The notes beneath the pieces were generated by a model. The model was not told the DNA's origin. It did not search any database and saw nothing but the letters and a program-made list of their open reading frames with translations. This document shows positions 49,145 through 59,276 of a DNA stretch of 64,000 nt, in pieces. Positions within the stretch are counted from its first letter, which is position 1; each line of letters opens with the position of its first letter. This stretch comes from Planctomycetaceae bacterium (GTDB lineage Bacteria > Planctomycetota > Planctomycetia > Pirellulales > UBA1268). Location of the stretch: the NCBI GenBank assembly GCA_947449135.1, contig CANFQO010000009.1:610-64609 (forward strand), in the 5' to 3' direction. The position numbers and the translations under genes are program-made.

Positions 49145-50182
49145 ATGCAGGCCTTCGACCCCGATCGCTATTCCCGGCAGGTTCGCTTCGCTCCCCTCGG
49201 TGCCGATGGGCAGGCGCGTCTTGCCGCGGCCCGCGTGGCAGTCGTCGGCTGCGGGGCGCTCGGCAGCGTGGTGGCCATGACGCTCGTGCGTGCGGGTGTG
49301 GGCTTCGTGCGGATCATCGACCGCGATGTGCCCGAGCTCTCGAACCTGCCTCGGCAGGTGCTCTTCGACGAGGCCGACGTGGCCGCCGGAGTTCCCAAGG
49401 CTGCGGCCGCAGCCGCTCATCTGCAGCGGATCAATTCCGCCGCGGAGATCGAGCCGGTGGTCGCCGATCTCACTCCGGCCAGCGCTGCGGCGCTGCTGGG
49501 GGGCGTCGATCTCATTGTGGACGGGACCGACAATTTCGAGGCCAGGTTCCTCATCAACGAGTTTTCCTGCCGCCATGGCATCCCATGGATCTACGGCGGT
49601 GCGATCGAAGCGGAGGGCCGCGTCATGACCGTGCTGCCTGGGAAAACCGCCTGCCTGCGGTGCCTCATCCCGGAGCCGCCGGCACCCGGCGTGATGCCGA
49701 CCTGCGACACGGCAGGCATCATCGGGCCAGCTGCGGTCGTGGTGGGGGCAATAGAGGCTGCCGAGGCGATCAAGCTACTCGTCGGCGCGACCGATCGTCT
49801 GGGCAACCGACTGCTGGCATGCGATCTGTGGGAGGGAGTCTGGCGGTCGATCGATCTCTCGTCGCTCGCCGAGCACGGCTGCGCCACCTGTCGCTCAGGC
49901 GACTTTCCCTGGCTGGAGGGAAGACTGGGCACGCAGGCGGCTGCGATCTGCGGTCGTGACGCAGTGCAGGTCGCGTCGCCGGTCGGCGTCACTATCGATC
50001 TGGCCGCGCTAGCGGCCCGGCTCGGGCCGTTCGGGGCCGTGACGGCGAACCCATGGTTGGTGCGTGCTGAGGTCGAGCAGGGGATCCAGTTGTCGGTATT
50101 CGCCGATGGCCGGGCGATCGTGTCCGGCACGCGGGAGGAATCGAAGGCCCGGGCGATTGTCGCCCGCTACGTCGGAGCGTGA
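49145..50182 (+). CDS. ThiF/MoeB family adenylyltransferase
   Basis: RYSRQ, GCGALG, SNLPRQ, DGTDN, CLRC, TCDTAG, CATC. Confidence 0.92.
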   Translation: MQAFDPDRYSRQVRFAPLGADGQARLAAARVAVVGCGALGSVVAMTLVRAGVGFVRIIDRDVPELSNLPRQVLFDEADVAAGVPKAAAAAAHLQRINSAAEIEPVVADLTPASAAALLGGVDLIVDGTDNFEARFLINEFSCRHGIPWIYGGAIEAEGRVMTVLPGKTACLRCLIPEPPAPGVMPTCDTAGIIGPAAVVVGAIEAAEAIKLLVGATDRLGNRLLACDLWEGVWRSIDLSSLAEHGCATCRSGDFPWLEGRLGTQAAAICGRDAVQVASPVGVTIDLAALAARLGPFGAVTANPWLVRAEVEQGIQLSVFADGRAIVSGTREESKARAIVARYVGA

Positions 50183-50212
50183 GACCACGCGTTCGTCGTG
50201 ATGGCCGGGGCT

Positions 50213-51550
50213 CTACGATCGGCCCATCCATGACTGGAAGCGGCCGCCGGGATCGCGTGTCGAGCGGATCTGATCGAGGCGGGTCATGTTGGGCTGTGCC
50301 GCGAAGGGAGCGGAACGTTGGCCTAGATTCTCGTCGGCCAGTTGGATACCGACGCTCCAGGGATCCCATTCCCGCACCCTGTCCGCGGCCCAGTCTGCAT
50401 AGAGCGGGTCGTCGGCCTCGTGCTTCCACTCACCGTAGAGTGCGATGTAGGTCTTCGCCTCCAGCGAGTAGGCCATCGACGGTCGCGACGGCGGCGGAGA
50501 CCAGTTCAGCCAGAGCATGTGGCTGGGCGCGGGGGGTAGTGTGGCAGCGACCTTCAGCAGGCCCGGCATCAGGTGATCGACCGATGCGTTGGTCCACATA
50601 TTGTCGACGCCCCAGCGCATCCCGTTGGGATAGTGCGTCATCACCAGGTCGTACATGATCTTCAACGGCGCCGGGAAGAGTGGCGAGGCCAGGCCCGACT
50701 TCGCACGCAGCGGGCAGTCGAGGAGGAAGGCCACGTCTGCCTTGGCGGCTTTCCTCGAGTCGGCCATCACCGTGGCATGCACCTCAATGCCGGGCTCGCC
50801 AATGGCGAGCGCCTTGCGGCTCATGATCAATTGAAACTCGACAGTGTTCGGGACCGATGCCCCGACAGCGTCGGTCCAGCGGAAGACATCCTCCAGGTGC
50901 GACATCCTGTAGACGTGGGTGACATTGCCGATGAACCGCGGGCAATCGTGGAGCTTCAGATGAAACCGCATGACCACACCGAAGAACCCCGGCCCGGCTC
51001 CTCTCGCCGCCCAGTAGATGTCGGCGTTCTCCTCCTCGCTGGCATGCACGAGCGATCCATCGGCCATCACGACGTCGAGTCCGATCACGCTCTCGCAGGC
51101 CATCCCCAGGGCGCGGCTGTTCCAGCCGAAGCCGCCCTGCAAGAGATAGCCCCCGAGGCAGACGCCCTTGCAGTGGCCAGCCGGAAAAAAGAGGCCATAT
51201 TTCTTCAGGGCGCCGACCAGCATGGAGCCTCCGCAGCCGGGGCCGACGATCGCCCGCTTGTTGGCGGCATCGATCTCGACTCCCTGCAGCCGGGAGGCGT
51301 CGATCAGCATGCCCCCTTCACGGATGTGATTCTGGGCCCAGCTGTGTCCGCCGGAGCAGATGCTGACCTTGAGGTGTTCGCGTGCCGCCCGTTTCACCGC
51401 GGCGATCACGTCGAAGACATCATTCACCTGCACCAGCACCTTCGGCCGATGCCCAGGATCGCGACTGTTGAAGCTCGTGGCCAAGACGGCCTGGTCGAAG
51501 CCCGGGTCTTCCCGGTGCAGAGTGACGCCTCTGCTTGATGTGGATTTCAT
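50213..51550 (-). CDS. FAD-binding oxidoreductase (VAO/berberine-bridge-enzyme-like)
   Basis: SGGHSW, PAGHCKGVCLGG..GGFG, WAARGAGPGFFGVV, DPGGRF. Confidence 0.88.
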   Translation of the reverse strand: MKSTSSRGVTLHREDPGFDQAVLATSFNSRDPGHRPKVLVQVNDVFDVIAAVKRAAREHLKVSICSGGHSWAQNHIREGGMLIDASRLQGVEIDAANKRAIVGPGCGGSMLVGALKKYGLFFPAGHCKGVCLGGYLLQGGFGWNSRALGMACESVIGLDVVMADGSLVHASEEENADIYWAARGAGPGFFGVVMRFHLKLHDCPRFIGNVTHVYRMSHLEDVFRWTDAVGASVPNTVEFQLIMSRKALAIGEPGIEVHATVMADSRKAAKADVAFLLDCPLRAKSGLASPLFPAPLKIMYDLVMTHYPNGMRWGVDNMWTNASVDHLMPGLLKVAATLPPAPSHMLWLNWSPPPSRPSMAYSLEAKTYIALYGEWKHEADDPLYADWAADRVREWDPWSVGIQLADENLGQRSAPFAAQPNMTRLDQIRSTRDPGGRFQSWMGRS

Positions 51551-51572
51551 GCCGTGGCTCCGGTGGTCGACA

Positions 51573-52397
51573 CTAGAGGGATGCCTGTGGGCCGAACGCC
51601 GCGTAGATGTCGGGCAGAATGGCGGCGAGATGGTTCATTTCCTGGGCGCAGTGCACGAGCAGGTCGCGGGCCTGGCCGCTTGTTGGCCCGGCGATCTGGC
51701 TGATTCCGCGACCGATCGCCTTGCCAATCGTCGTGTCCATGCCCCGAGGCGCAATAAAACCGCCCCCCATCCAGAAACGTGACCGCATTTCCGATCCGCC
51801 CGCCACGGGCCGCACGTAATGCACCAGCCATCCGGCGTCGAATTGAGGAAACTCAAGGCCCGTGCGGGCACAGATCGCCGTCGCCTCTGAGGCGGCCAGT
51901 CGCGACTCGTCGATGCCGATGCTGGCGGGAGGCACGAAGCTGATCGCACCGCTGATCTTGCTGGAGCCGATGTATTCCACGATGTGCGACGTGCGGCCGA
52001 CGTAGTGCGTGAGGTCAGACCGGTTGTCGCCCCAGACGGCATGGACGTGTGCTCTGGGGTGCCAGAGTTTGTAGCGCAGGGAATCGCTGCCGTGCCAGGC
52101 AAACCACCAGTCCCACATCGCGGGCGTCACTCCCGGCATCAGCGTGCGGACCGACACGCGAATTTCCCTGTCGTCACAAATAGAGTAGCCCGTCTCCACT
52201 AGCCAGTCGTCGGCATGGAGCAGGGTGCCGGCGGCATCGAACCCGGGCATCAGTTCACCACTGACTCCCCCGACGAGGACGGCCTGCTGCACATGGTCTG
52301 GCAGTGGCCGCATCTGCTGGCTGAAGAACCGAGAATAGGGGCTCTCGGCCAGTTCGGCGGCCGAATAACCGATGGTCTGGGGGGCGTGCGATCCCAT
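51573..52397 (-). CDS. PhlG-like (2,4-diacetylphloroglucinol hydrolase family) protein
   Basis: MPGVTPAMWDWWFAWH..RYKLWHP.AH, HIVEYIG, EMRSRFW, HCAQEMNHLA.ILP.IY. Confidence 0.85.
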   Translation of the reverse strand: MGSHAPQTIGYSAAELAESPYSRFFSQQMRPLPDHVQQAVLVGGVSGELMPGFDAAGTLLHADDWLVETGYSICDDREIRVSVRTLMPGVTPAMWDWWFAWHGSDSLRYKLWHPRAHVHAVWGDNRSDLTHYVGRTSHIVEYIGSSKISGAISFVPPASIGIDESRLAASEATAICARTGLEFPQFDAGWLVHYVRPVAGGSEMRSRFWMGGGFIAPRGMDTTIGKAIGRGISQIAGPTSGQARDLLVHCAQEMNHLAAILPDIYAAFGPQASL

Positions 52398-52546
52398 TGG
52401 AAACAGCCTTTTACGGGTGAGAGAGGGTCCCCGCGGCACCCCCCGGAAATTGTGCGCAAAAAACTTGCTGTGGCAGGAACGGAGTGTATGTTTTGTTAAT
52501 TATTAGAGCTAGCGTTCTGGTTTTTTGTTGCAGAAAGGCTTTTTCA
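52398..52546. promoter_or_regulatory. AT-rich divergent promoter region
   Basis: Conspicuously AT-rich tract (tatgttttgttaattattag) between the divergent PhlG-like and multicopper oxidase genes; TTGCTG-N16-TATGTT candidate on the + strand. Confidence 0.4.
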
Positions 52547-55345
52547 ATGGTTCGCCGCACCGGGTTTCGATCGGCTTTTCCTGTCCGCAAGCATGCCGTC
52601 CGTGTGGCCCGCCGGGCCAGCAGGCAGTTTGATCTGGAGCAGCTTGAGCAGCGGACGGTGATGGCGGCAGAAAACGTTATTTTCCCTACCGCATATGCAT
52701 CCCAGCAGACAGATCTGCGGCCGTTGGATGTAATCAAGAGCCAGAACGGCCTGCTCGAGGCCAACGTGAAGATGGTCACGGCAGGCTTCGACTCCAATCC
52801 GATCCTCTACGGCGGACAGGAAGTCTACAGCAGCCTCCCGGATGATGACCGTGACTACAACTCCTACGCAATGGCCTATCAGTTCGATGCCTACGGCACG
52901 AAATACTCAGCCGGCTTTCCGGGCACGATGCTGCAGATCAACAGCGGCGACACGCTCAAGCTTCATCTCATAAATGATCTTGCCGGGGACAACGATCCCT
53001 CTGATCCGGTCTTTACGACCAATTTCCACTACCACGGCTCGCATACGCCTGACCTGAGCCAGGGGGACAATGTCTATGTCCATATCAAGCCAGGCGAAAC
53101 GGTGGACGTTAACATTCCGATCTCCACCTACGAAAATAGCGTGGGTGCCAACTGGTATCACCCACACGTGCACGAGGAGACCAAGCCGCAGGTTGAGGGT
53201 GGTCTGGCTGGCATGATCATGGTCGGCGATCCGCTTGAGCCGTGGCCACAGTACAAGGACGAACTCAAGCAAGTGAACATGACCCTCTCGGAGGTCAATA
53301 TCTCCGTCGATGGCAAGTACAAAGTGATGACTGGTACTGACAGCAGTTCTTATTATGGTGACGGTTACACCACGGGCTGGCAGAAGCGGGTCAACGGCCA
53401 GATGAATCCGATCATCCGCGTCCGCCCCGGTGAGACGCAGGTCTGGAACATGGGCCAGTTCGGGGCCCGCGGCGCCACGAACTTCGTCATCGCCGACGAC
53501 AACCTGCAGAACCCCTGGTCGGCCACGATCCTCTCCAGGGACGGGGCCAGTGCGTTCGTCCACCCCTACACCGTGGAACTCGGCGCGAGTGAACTGCGGA
53601 TGAATGACATCTCCGCGCTCACCGTGCTCAGCCCGGGCAACCGTATGTCGATGGCGGTAACCGCCCCCACGACCCCGGGCACCTACTACTTCATGGACGG
53701 ATGGGGCGGCGAAGAGGCGAGACTCAACGCAAGCGGCACTGGCTACTACTACGTGCTGGCCACCCTCGTCGTCGAGGGAGATGCCGTCACCACTGACACG
53801 CCAGTGTTTGCCCCCCAGATGGCAGATCCGCTCTGGAAGGCGACGCCGGACGTCACTCGCACGTTCTCGCTAGAGCAGTTGCCCACCATTGATGGTATTG
53901 ATCCCGACACAGGCAAGCCGATCGTCAACATCGACAATTTCTACGTCAATGGCAAGAAGTTTGGCGAAGGCGTCATGCCGCAGCTTGAGATCGGCACGAT
54001 CGAGGAATGGACGATCCTCAATGCAGGCCCGCTCAACCATCCGTTCCACATCCATCAGGGTGTGTTCATCGTCACGAAGATCAACGGCTTCCCGATCGAG
54101 CCCGACAAGATCTTCCCGAATGCCAATGCCGCCAACTACGTCTCGCCGCTGGACGTGGACATGGTGCCGGCGTTCGGCAGCATTACCATTCGATTCCGGG
54201 TACTCGACTTCCCTGGCAAGTACGTCTTCCACTGCCACATCCTCGAGCATGAGGACGAGGGGATGATGTCGCCGGTCTTCCAGTTCGGCAACACCGAGGG
54301 CCTGAGGCTGGGCCTTGGCACGTCGTCGCCATCGACGCTCGTTCTCAACGGCAAGGGCAACACGGTCGGCACGATTCGGGCCTTCCCCAATTACCAGGGC
54401 CCTGTGGTGACCGCCTCCGGCATCGGCACATCGACCGAGAGCAAGCAGACGCCCCCGTTCGCCGGGACAGCCGAGCAGATCAATGCATACTTCAAGACCC
54501 AGATCACCAAGGAGACGATGGCCTTCGGCACCGGGGCAAAGGCCTCGCTCGTAAAGGTCTACGAGAACGGCTCGCTCAAGCCCACGGCCGCCTTCCGTGC
54601 CTTCAAGGGCAAGGCCGGCGTCGGGGGTGTGAGCCTGGCGGTGGGAGCGCTTGGTGAGCATGGCACCGTGAACATCGTCGTCGGCTCACGGACTGCCGGC
54701 GCCGCCAATGTCCGTCTCTTCGACGCCAAGGGCACGCTGCTTCGTGAATTCAAGGGCGTGCTGCCCGGCAGGTTTCCCCACGGCGTGAACGTCGCCGTGG
54801 GTGACGTTGACGCCGACAACTACGACGACATCATCGTCTCCGCCCGTGCTGGCCGGGAGGCGATCATCACCGCGCTGAGTGGCCGTGATATCGTCAACGG
54901 CGTCGCCGATCCCGAGAAGTGCTTCACGTTCGTTGCTCCAGGCGGAAGCCGCGATGGCGTCAAGGTAGCCGTCGGCTTCGCGGCACCCTCGACGGTGCCA
55001 AGCTACAAGCCGAACCTGATCACGACACCGGAAACCGGCCGGAATGTCGGCACGGTGAGTGTGTGGAACATGGCGGACATCTGCCACTGCTCCACGCACG
55101 GAAGCCACGCCATGTCGGGCATGGCCGCGATGGAGGAGACCACTGTCGACGCTCCCCCCGTGCCCGTGGCAACGTTCCGTCCCTTTGGGGCCCGACGCGG
55201 TGCCGTGAATCTCGCCACCACCTACCAGAGCCAGTTAGGCGGGCAGGCCCAGGCGGTGGTCGCGGCCTGGCAGACGCCGCGTGAGGTGGCCTTCACGGCG
55301 ATCGGACTCGACAACAAGCCGCAGACGGTAAGACGCAGATTTTAA
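52547..55345 (+). CDS. Secreted multicopper oxidase with planctomycete extracellular N-terminal motif and C-terminal FG-GAP-like repeats
   Basis: [11 protein letters not shown]; Cu motifs [28 protein letters not shown]; C-terminal [19 protein letters not shown] repeats. Confidence 0.88.
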   Translation: MVRRTGFRSAFPVRKHAVRVARRASRQFDLEQLEQRTVMAAENVIFPTAYASQQTDLRPLDVIKSQNGLLEANVKMVTAGFDSNPILYGGQEVYSSLPDDDRDYNSYAMAYQFDAYGTKYSAGFPGTMLQINSGDTLKLHLINDLAGDNDPSDPVFTTNFHYHGSHTPDLSQGDNVYVHIKPGETVDVNIPISTYENSVGANWYHPHVHEETKPQVEGGLAGMIMVGDPLEPWPQYKDELKQVNMTLSEVNISVDGKYKVMTGTDSSSYYGDGYTTGWQKRVNGQMNPIIRVRPGETQVWNMGQFGARGATNFVIADDNLQNPWSATILSRDGASAFVHPYTVELGASELRMNDISALTVLSPGNRMSMAVTAPTTPGTYYFMDGWGGEEARLNASGTGYYYVLATLVVEGDAVTTDTPVFAPQMADPLWKATPDVTRTFSLEQLPTIDGIDPDTGKPIVNIDNFYVNGKKFGEGVMPQLEIGTIEEWTILNAGPLNHPFHIHQGVFIVTKINGFPIEPDKIFPNANAANYVSPLDVDMVPAFGSITIRFRVLDFPGKYVFHCHILEHEDEGMMSPVFQFGNTEGLRLGLGTSSPSTLVLNGKGNTVGTIRAFPNYQGPVVTASGIGTSTESKQTPPFAGTAEQINAYFKTQITKETMAFGTGAKASLVKVYENGSLKPTAAFRAFKGKAGVGGVSLAVGALGEHGTVNIVVGSRTAGAANVRLFDAKGTLLREFKGVLPGRFPHGVNVAVGDVDADNYDDIIVSARAGREAIITALSGRDIVNGVADPEKCFTFVAPGGSRDGVKVAVGFAAPSTVPSYKPNLITTPETGRNVGTVSVWNMADICHCSTHGSHAMSGMAAMEETTVDAPPVPVATFRPFGARRGAVNLATTYQSQLGGQAQAVVAAWQTPREVAFTAIGLDNKPQTVRRRF

Positions 55346-55422
55346 GCTCATTTTTTCGAGGTAGAGTTCGGGAGAGGGTTGTACCGTGGGTTGCCCGGCC
55401 GGAAAGGGCCAATGAGCTTGCC

Positions 55423-56391
55423 ATGAGATCCGCAATCACCAAGACACGCCACCAGCCAATGCACGGCTTCACGCTGGTTGAGCTTCTGGTCGTGATCGCG
55501 ATCGTGGGCACTCTGATTGGCCTGCTCGTGCCTGCGGTGCAGCAGGCTCGCCAGGCTGCGGCTCGCAGCCAGTGTCAGAGCAATCTGCGGCAGATCGGCA
55601 TCGCGATGCTCAGCTATGCCGATGCCCGTCGCGGGTTTCCATTTGCGTCGGGAAGGCCGCGGCCCGGCACGGTGGCCCATCTGGAAGGCGCGGTGGAAAC
55701 CGGCATCGACTACATCCGGCCACAGTCGTGGGCCATTGCCATCCTGCCCTACATCGAGGAGGGGGCGTTGGCGAGCATGTACGACTCCTACTGCCTCGCC
55801 TGTCCTCCCGAAAGCCAGGAGGAGAGCATCGTGGCCGCCAGCATCAGGATCTACAACTCGGGCTCGAAGATGAAAGGAGCCGTCGATTTTGCGGCGCTCA
55901 TTGGTCCCGGGCCCGCGTCTCCCGATCCGGCCCATCGCCTCGACGGGTGGTTCTACAGCGCGAGCCCGCCGACAGCCGACTTCAGCGGCGTCCTGATCCC
56001 TGAGGGCCTTGGCTGGAACGATGCCACCGGGGCGTATACGACATCGATCCGCAACAAGCCGATTCGGCTGGCGGACATTACCGACGGCCTATCCAACACG
56101 CTCGTCCTCGCCGAATGCAACGACTACACGGTTGATGGCGGCGGCACGTGGACTCAGTCTCGCTATTCATGGCCCTACATTTCCGACGTGGGCCGCTACA
56201 CGGGCTTCGGAGCTGGTAGCGGGGCCTCCCCGCTCGAGACCTCGCTCAAGCCTCGGTCGCGTCTCCCAGGAGGCGTGTTCCAGGTGCTGTCTAGCGACGG
56301 TGGCGTGCGGTCCGTGGCCGAGGGCATTTCGGCCACGCTCCTGCAGTCGCTCGCCAGCCGGTCGGGAGGCGAAGTCGCCGCGATCCCGTAA
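55423..56391 (+). CDS. DUF1559 family prepilin-type N-terminal cleavage/methylation protein
   Basis: G|[50 protein letters not shown]...E, DGGVR. Confidence 0.92.
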   Translation: MRSAITKTRHQPMHGFTLVELLVVIAIVGTLIGLLVPAVQQARQAAARSQCQSNLRQIGIAMLSYADARRGFPFASGRPRPGTVAHLEGAVETGIDYIRPQSWAIAILPYIEEGALASMYDSYCLACPPESQEESIVAASIRIYNSGSKMKGAVDFAALIGPGPASPDPAHRLDGWFYSASPPTADFSGVLIPEGLGWNDATGAYTTSIRNKPIRLADITDGLSNTLVLAECNDYTVDGGGTWTQSRYSWPYISDVGRYTGFGAGSGASPLETSLKPRSRLPGGVFQVLSSDGGVRSVAEGISATLLQSLASRSGGEVAAIP

Positions 56392-56455
56392 ATGGGGACG
56401 GGACTGATTTTTCGGCCGCCACAGGAAGGTCCAAAAATCAGTCCCGTCCCCATTT
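56390..56455. repeat. Perfect 23-bp inverted repeat with 20-nt spacer between convergent genes (REP-doublet-like / bidirectional terminator)
   Basis: AAATGGGGACGGGACTGATTTTT (56390-56412) and AAAAATCAGTCCCGTCCCCATTT (56433-56455). Confidence 0.85.
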
Positions 56456-58003
56456 TCAGCCGCCGGTTGCGGCTTCCATGATCTTCTGTTCGGTCGCCTC
56501 GGCCCGTGGAAATTCCGCAGTCAGCCGGCCCTCGGCGAGCACGATGATGCGGTCGGCGAGCGTGAGCAGTTCTGGGAGTTCGCTCGACGTGAGAATCACG
56601 CCGAGCCCATCGCGACAGAGCCGGTCGATGAGCGCGTAGAGTTCGGCCTTCGCCCCGACGTCGATGCCTCGTGTGGGGTCGTCGAGCAGCAGGATCGCGG
56701 GCTTCGTGAGCAGCCAGCGGCTGATGATGCACTTCTGCTGGTTCCCACCGGAGAGGCCCGTGATGGCGGCGTGCGGCCCCGGCGTCTTGACGCCCGTGTC
56801 GCGGATCGGCCCGGCCACGAGTTCCTCTTCTCGCTGCCGCGAGAGCAGTCCACCGCGGAGAGCCTCGGAGAGGCTGCAGAGGCTCACGTTGCCGGCCACG
56901 TCGAGATCGGGAAAGAGCCCAAGCCGCTTGCGGTCTTCCGTCACCATCGCGATGCGGGCGTCGCACGCCTCCCGCGGATGTCGATAGTGAACCGGCTTTC
57001 CATCCAGCCGGATTTCGCCGGTCCAAGTCGGCTCGCCAGCGCCGAAGATCGTCTCCAAAAGCTCAGTGCGGCCGGCGCCCATCAGGCCCGCCACGCCGAG
57101 AATTTCGCCGGCGTGCAGATCGAACGACACGTTGGAGAGCCGATAGCCCCGCGGGTGATCCGGCCAGGGGAGCGTGAGGTCGCGAACCTCGAGCAATGTC
57201 GGGCCGCGGGTGCGGGCATGGCGAAAGTCATGGTCGGCCAGTTCGCGTCCCACCATCCAGCCGGTGATCTGGCGGGGGCTCGTGTCAGCCCGGTCAACCG
57301 TGCGGACATGCTGGCCATCACGGAGGACGGTGATCCGATCGGCCAGCCGAAACACTTCGTCCATCTTGTGCGAGATGTAGAGGATCGTGGTGCCGACAGC
57401 CAGCAGTCGCTTGATCGTGCGTTCGAGCCTCGCCGATTCCGACTCGGTGAGGGCGCTGGTCGGTTCGTCCATCACCACGATCGACGCCTCGAGCGACAGG
57501 GCCTTGGCGATCTCCACCAACTGCTGGTCGCCCACCCGCAGGCTGCCTGTCCGCGTGGCCGGCGACACCGGGCATTCAAGCATGGCGAGCAGCCGGCCGC
57601 ATTCGTCGTGCATGCCGCGGTCGTCGAGCAGCCCGAGGGCGGTGCGTTTTTCACGGCCGAGAAACACGTTGGCGGCCACCGAGAGATCTTCCACGAGCGC
57701 CAGCTCCTGGTGGATGATCGCAATCCCGGCCTGCTCGGCATCCCGCGTGCCGGCAAACCGCACCGGCCGCCCGGCGATCTCGAGGTCACCCTCGTCGGGC
57801 TGGTAGACGCCCGATAGGATCTTCATGAGCGTGCTCTTGCCGGCACCGTTCTCGCCACAGATGGCGTGGAGTTCGCCACGGCGGACCTCGAGTGTCACAT
57901 CGGCAAGCGCCACGACACCCGGAAATCGCTTCGTGATGCCCCGCATCACGACAGCCTGCGTCGTCGCGTCTCCCATGCCGGTAGTATCAGCGGCTGCTGT
58001 CAT
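56456..58003 (-). CDS. Sugar ABC transporter ATP-binding protein (RbsA/MglA type)
   Basis: GENGAGKST, DEPT, ISHK, LSGGNQQK, DDPTRGIDVGAK. Confidence 0.93.
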   Translation of the reverse strand: MTAAADTTGMGDATTQAVVMRGITKRFPGVVALADVTLEVRRGELHAICGENGAGKSTLMKILSGVYQPDEGDLEIAGRPVRFAGTRDAEQAGIAIIHQELALVEDLSVAANVFLGREKRTALGLLDDRGMHDECGRLLAMLECPVSPATRTGSLRVGDQQLVEIAKALSLEASIVVMDEPTSALTESESARLERTIKRLLAVGTTILYISHKMDEVFRLADRITVLRDGQHVRTVDRADTSPRQITGWMVGRELADHDFRHARTRGPTLLEVRDLTLPWPDHPRGYRLSNVSFDLHAGEILGVAGLMGAGRTELLETIFGAGEPTWTGEIRLDGKPVHYRHPREACDARIAMVTEDRKRLGLFPDLDVAGNVSLCSLSEALRGGLLSRQREEELVAGPIRDTGVKTPGPHAAITGLSGGNQQKCIISRWLLTKPAILLLDDPTRGIDVGAKAELYALIDRLCRDGLGVILTSSELPELLTLADRIIVLAEGRLTAEFPRAEATEQKIMEAATGG

Positions 58004-58019
58004 GCTCGCCCTCGCGTCA

Positions 58020-59231
58020 TCAGGCAGTCCGCCGCGATTCCCAGAGCCGCACCAGCCCCAGCAACACAGCCGCTCCGACGCCCGCGGCAATGCCGGCGCG
58101 GCTACCGGCCGTCATCGACACGATGGCACCGCAGAGAACCGCCAGCGTGGGGATCGCACTCAGTCCCAGAGCCCCCGGCAGCAGCTGGCGGCCACCCTTG
58201 GCGAGTTGGCCGAACTGCGCGAGCGTGACAGCGATCACCACCACGATGCCGACGATCAGTCCTTCGTAGACGTCGGCTCCCGTCTTGATGATCTTCGATA
58301 CCGCGTCGATCACGACCCGCAGGAAGATCGTGCCGAGTACCGTGCCGGGCACCGTGCCGACCCCGCCTGCCAATGAGCAGCCTCCCACGACGGCCGCGGC
58401 GATGGCATTGAGTTCATGGCCGCGTCCCTGATTCACCGGCGCGGCCACCGATTCGTTGGCCATGTAGAACAGTCCCGCCAGCGCCGCCGTCATGGCGCCA
58501 AAGCAGTAGGCGAACCATTTGACGTTATCGGTGCGGATGCCGGCGAGCCGTGCGGCCTGTTCGTTACCCCCGAGCGCGTGGAGATGCCGGCCGAGGACCG
58601 TCCGCGTGAGCAGAAGCCAGGTGACGATCGCGAGCACGCCGAACACTGCCACCGGAATCCAGACGTTGTCGCGGACTGTCTTGAAGAACGGGTCGGAGAT
58701 ATTGATAAGCGCACTTTTCGTGGGGGTGAGCGCCGCAGTGCTGCTCTCGCAGAGAGCCCGGGCAAAGCTCCGCAGGCCCACGAGGGTCGCCAGCGTGGCG
58801 ATGAACGGGGGAAGCCGCACGGAGGTGATCAGCCACGCATGGAGGGTGCCGACGAGAAATCCAACCAACAGGCTCGCGGCACAGCCGGCGGCTACGGCGA
58901 CGGCCCCGACCGGCTTGAAGCCCATCATCTGGGCAGGGGCGAGGGCCAGCATTGTCGTGGCACAGACGGTGCCCGAGAGCGCGATCATCGATCCTGCCGA
59001 GAGGTCGATCCCGCCGGCGATGATCACCACGGTGGCCCCAAGGGCAAAGATGCCGAGGAGGGCCGTGTTGCGGGCGATGTCACGCACGCTCTCCAGCGGA
59101 CGGTCCCAGTAGCTGTGGTTGGCGTCCACCAAGGCCGTCACCGCGATCGCCAGCACGATCGCCAGCACGAGCGCCCATTCACCCGGGCGGAGGAGGAAAG
59201 ACGGCCTGTGCGAGGCGTCCGGCTGTGGCAT
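58020..59231 (-). CDS. Sugar ABC transporter permease
   Basis: GGIDLSAG, PPFIATL, GGNEQAARLAGI, ELNAIAAAVVGGCSLAGG. Confidence 0.92.
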   Translation of the reverse strand: MPQPDASHRPSFLLRPGEWALVLAIVLAIAVTALVDANHSYWDRPLESVRDIARNTALLGIFALGATVVIIAGGIDLSAGSMIALSGTVCATTMLALAPAQMMGFKPVGAVAVAAGCAASLLVGFLVGTLHAWLITSVRLPPFIATLATLVGLRSFARALCESSTAALTPTKSALINISDPFFKTVRDNVWIPVAVFGVLAIVTWLLLTRTVLGRHLHALGGNEQAARLAGIRTDNVKWFAYCFGAMTAALAGLFYMANESVAAPVNQGRGHELNAIAAAVVGGCSLAGGVGTVPGTVLGTIFLRVVIDAVSKIIKTGADVYEGLIVGIVVVIAVTLAQFGQLAKGGRQLLPGALGLSAIPTLAVLCGAIVSMTAGSRAGIAAGVGAAVLLGLVRLWESRRTA

Positions 59232-59276
59232 GGCTGGGCTCCGGCTGGAGGATGCTCTGGGGGCGGCGAGCCTGCG

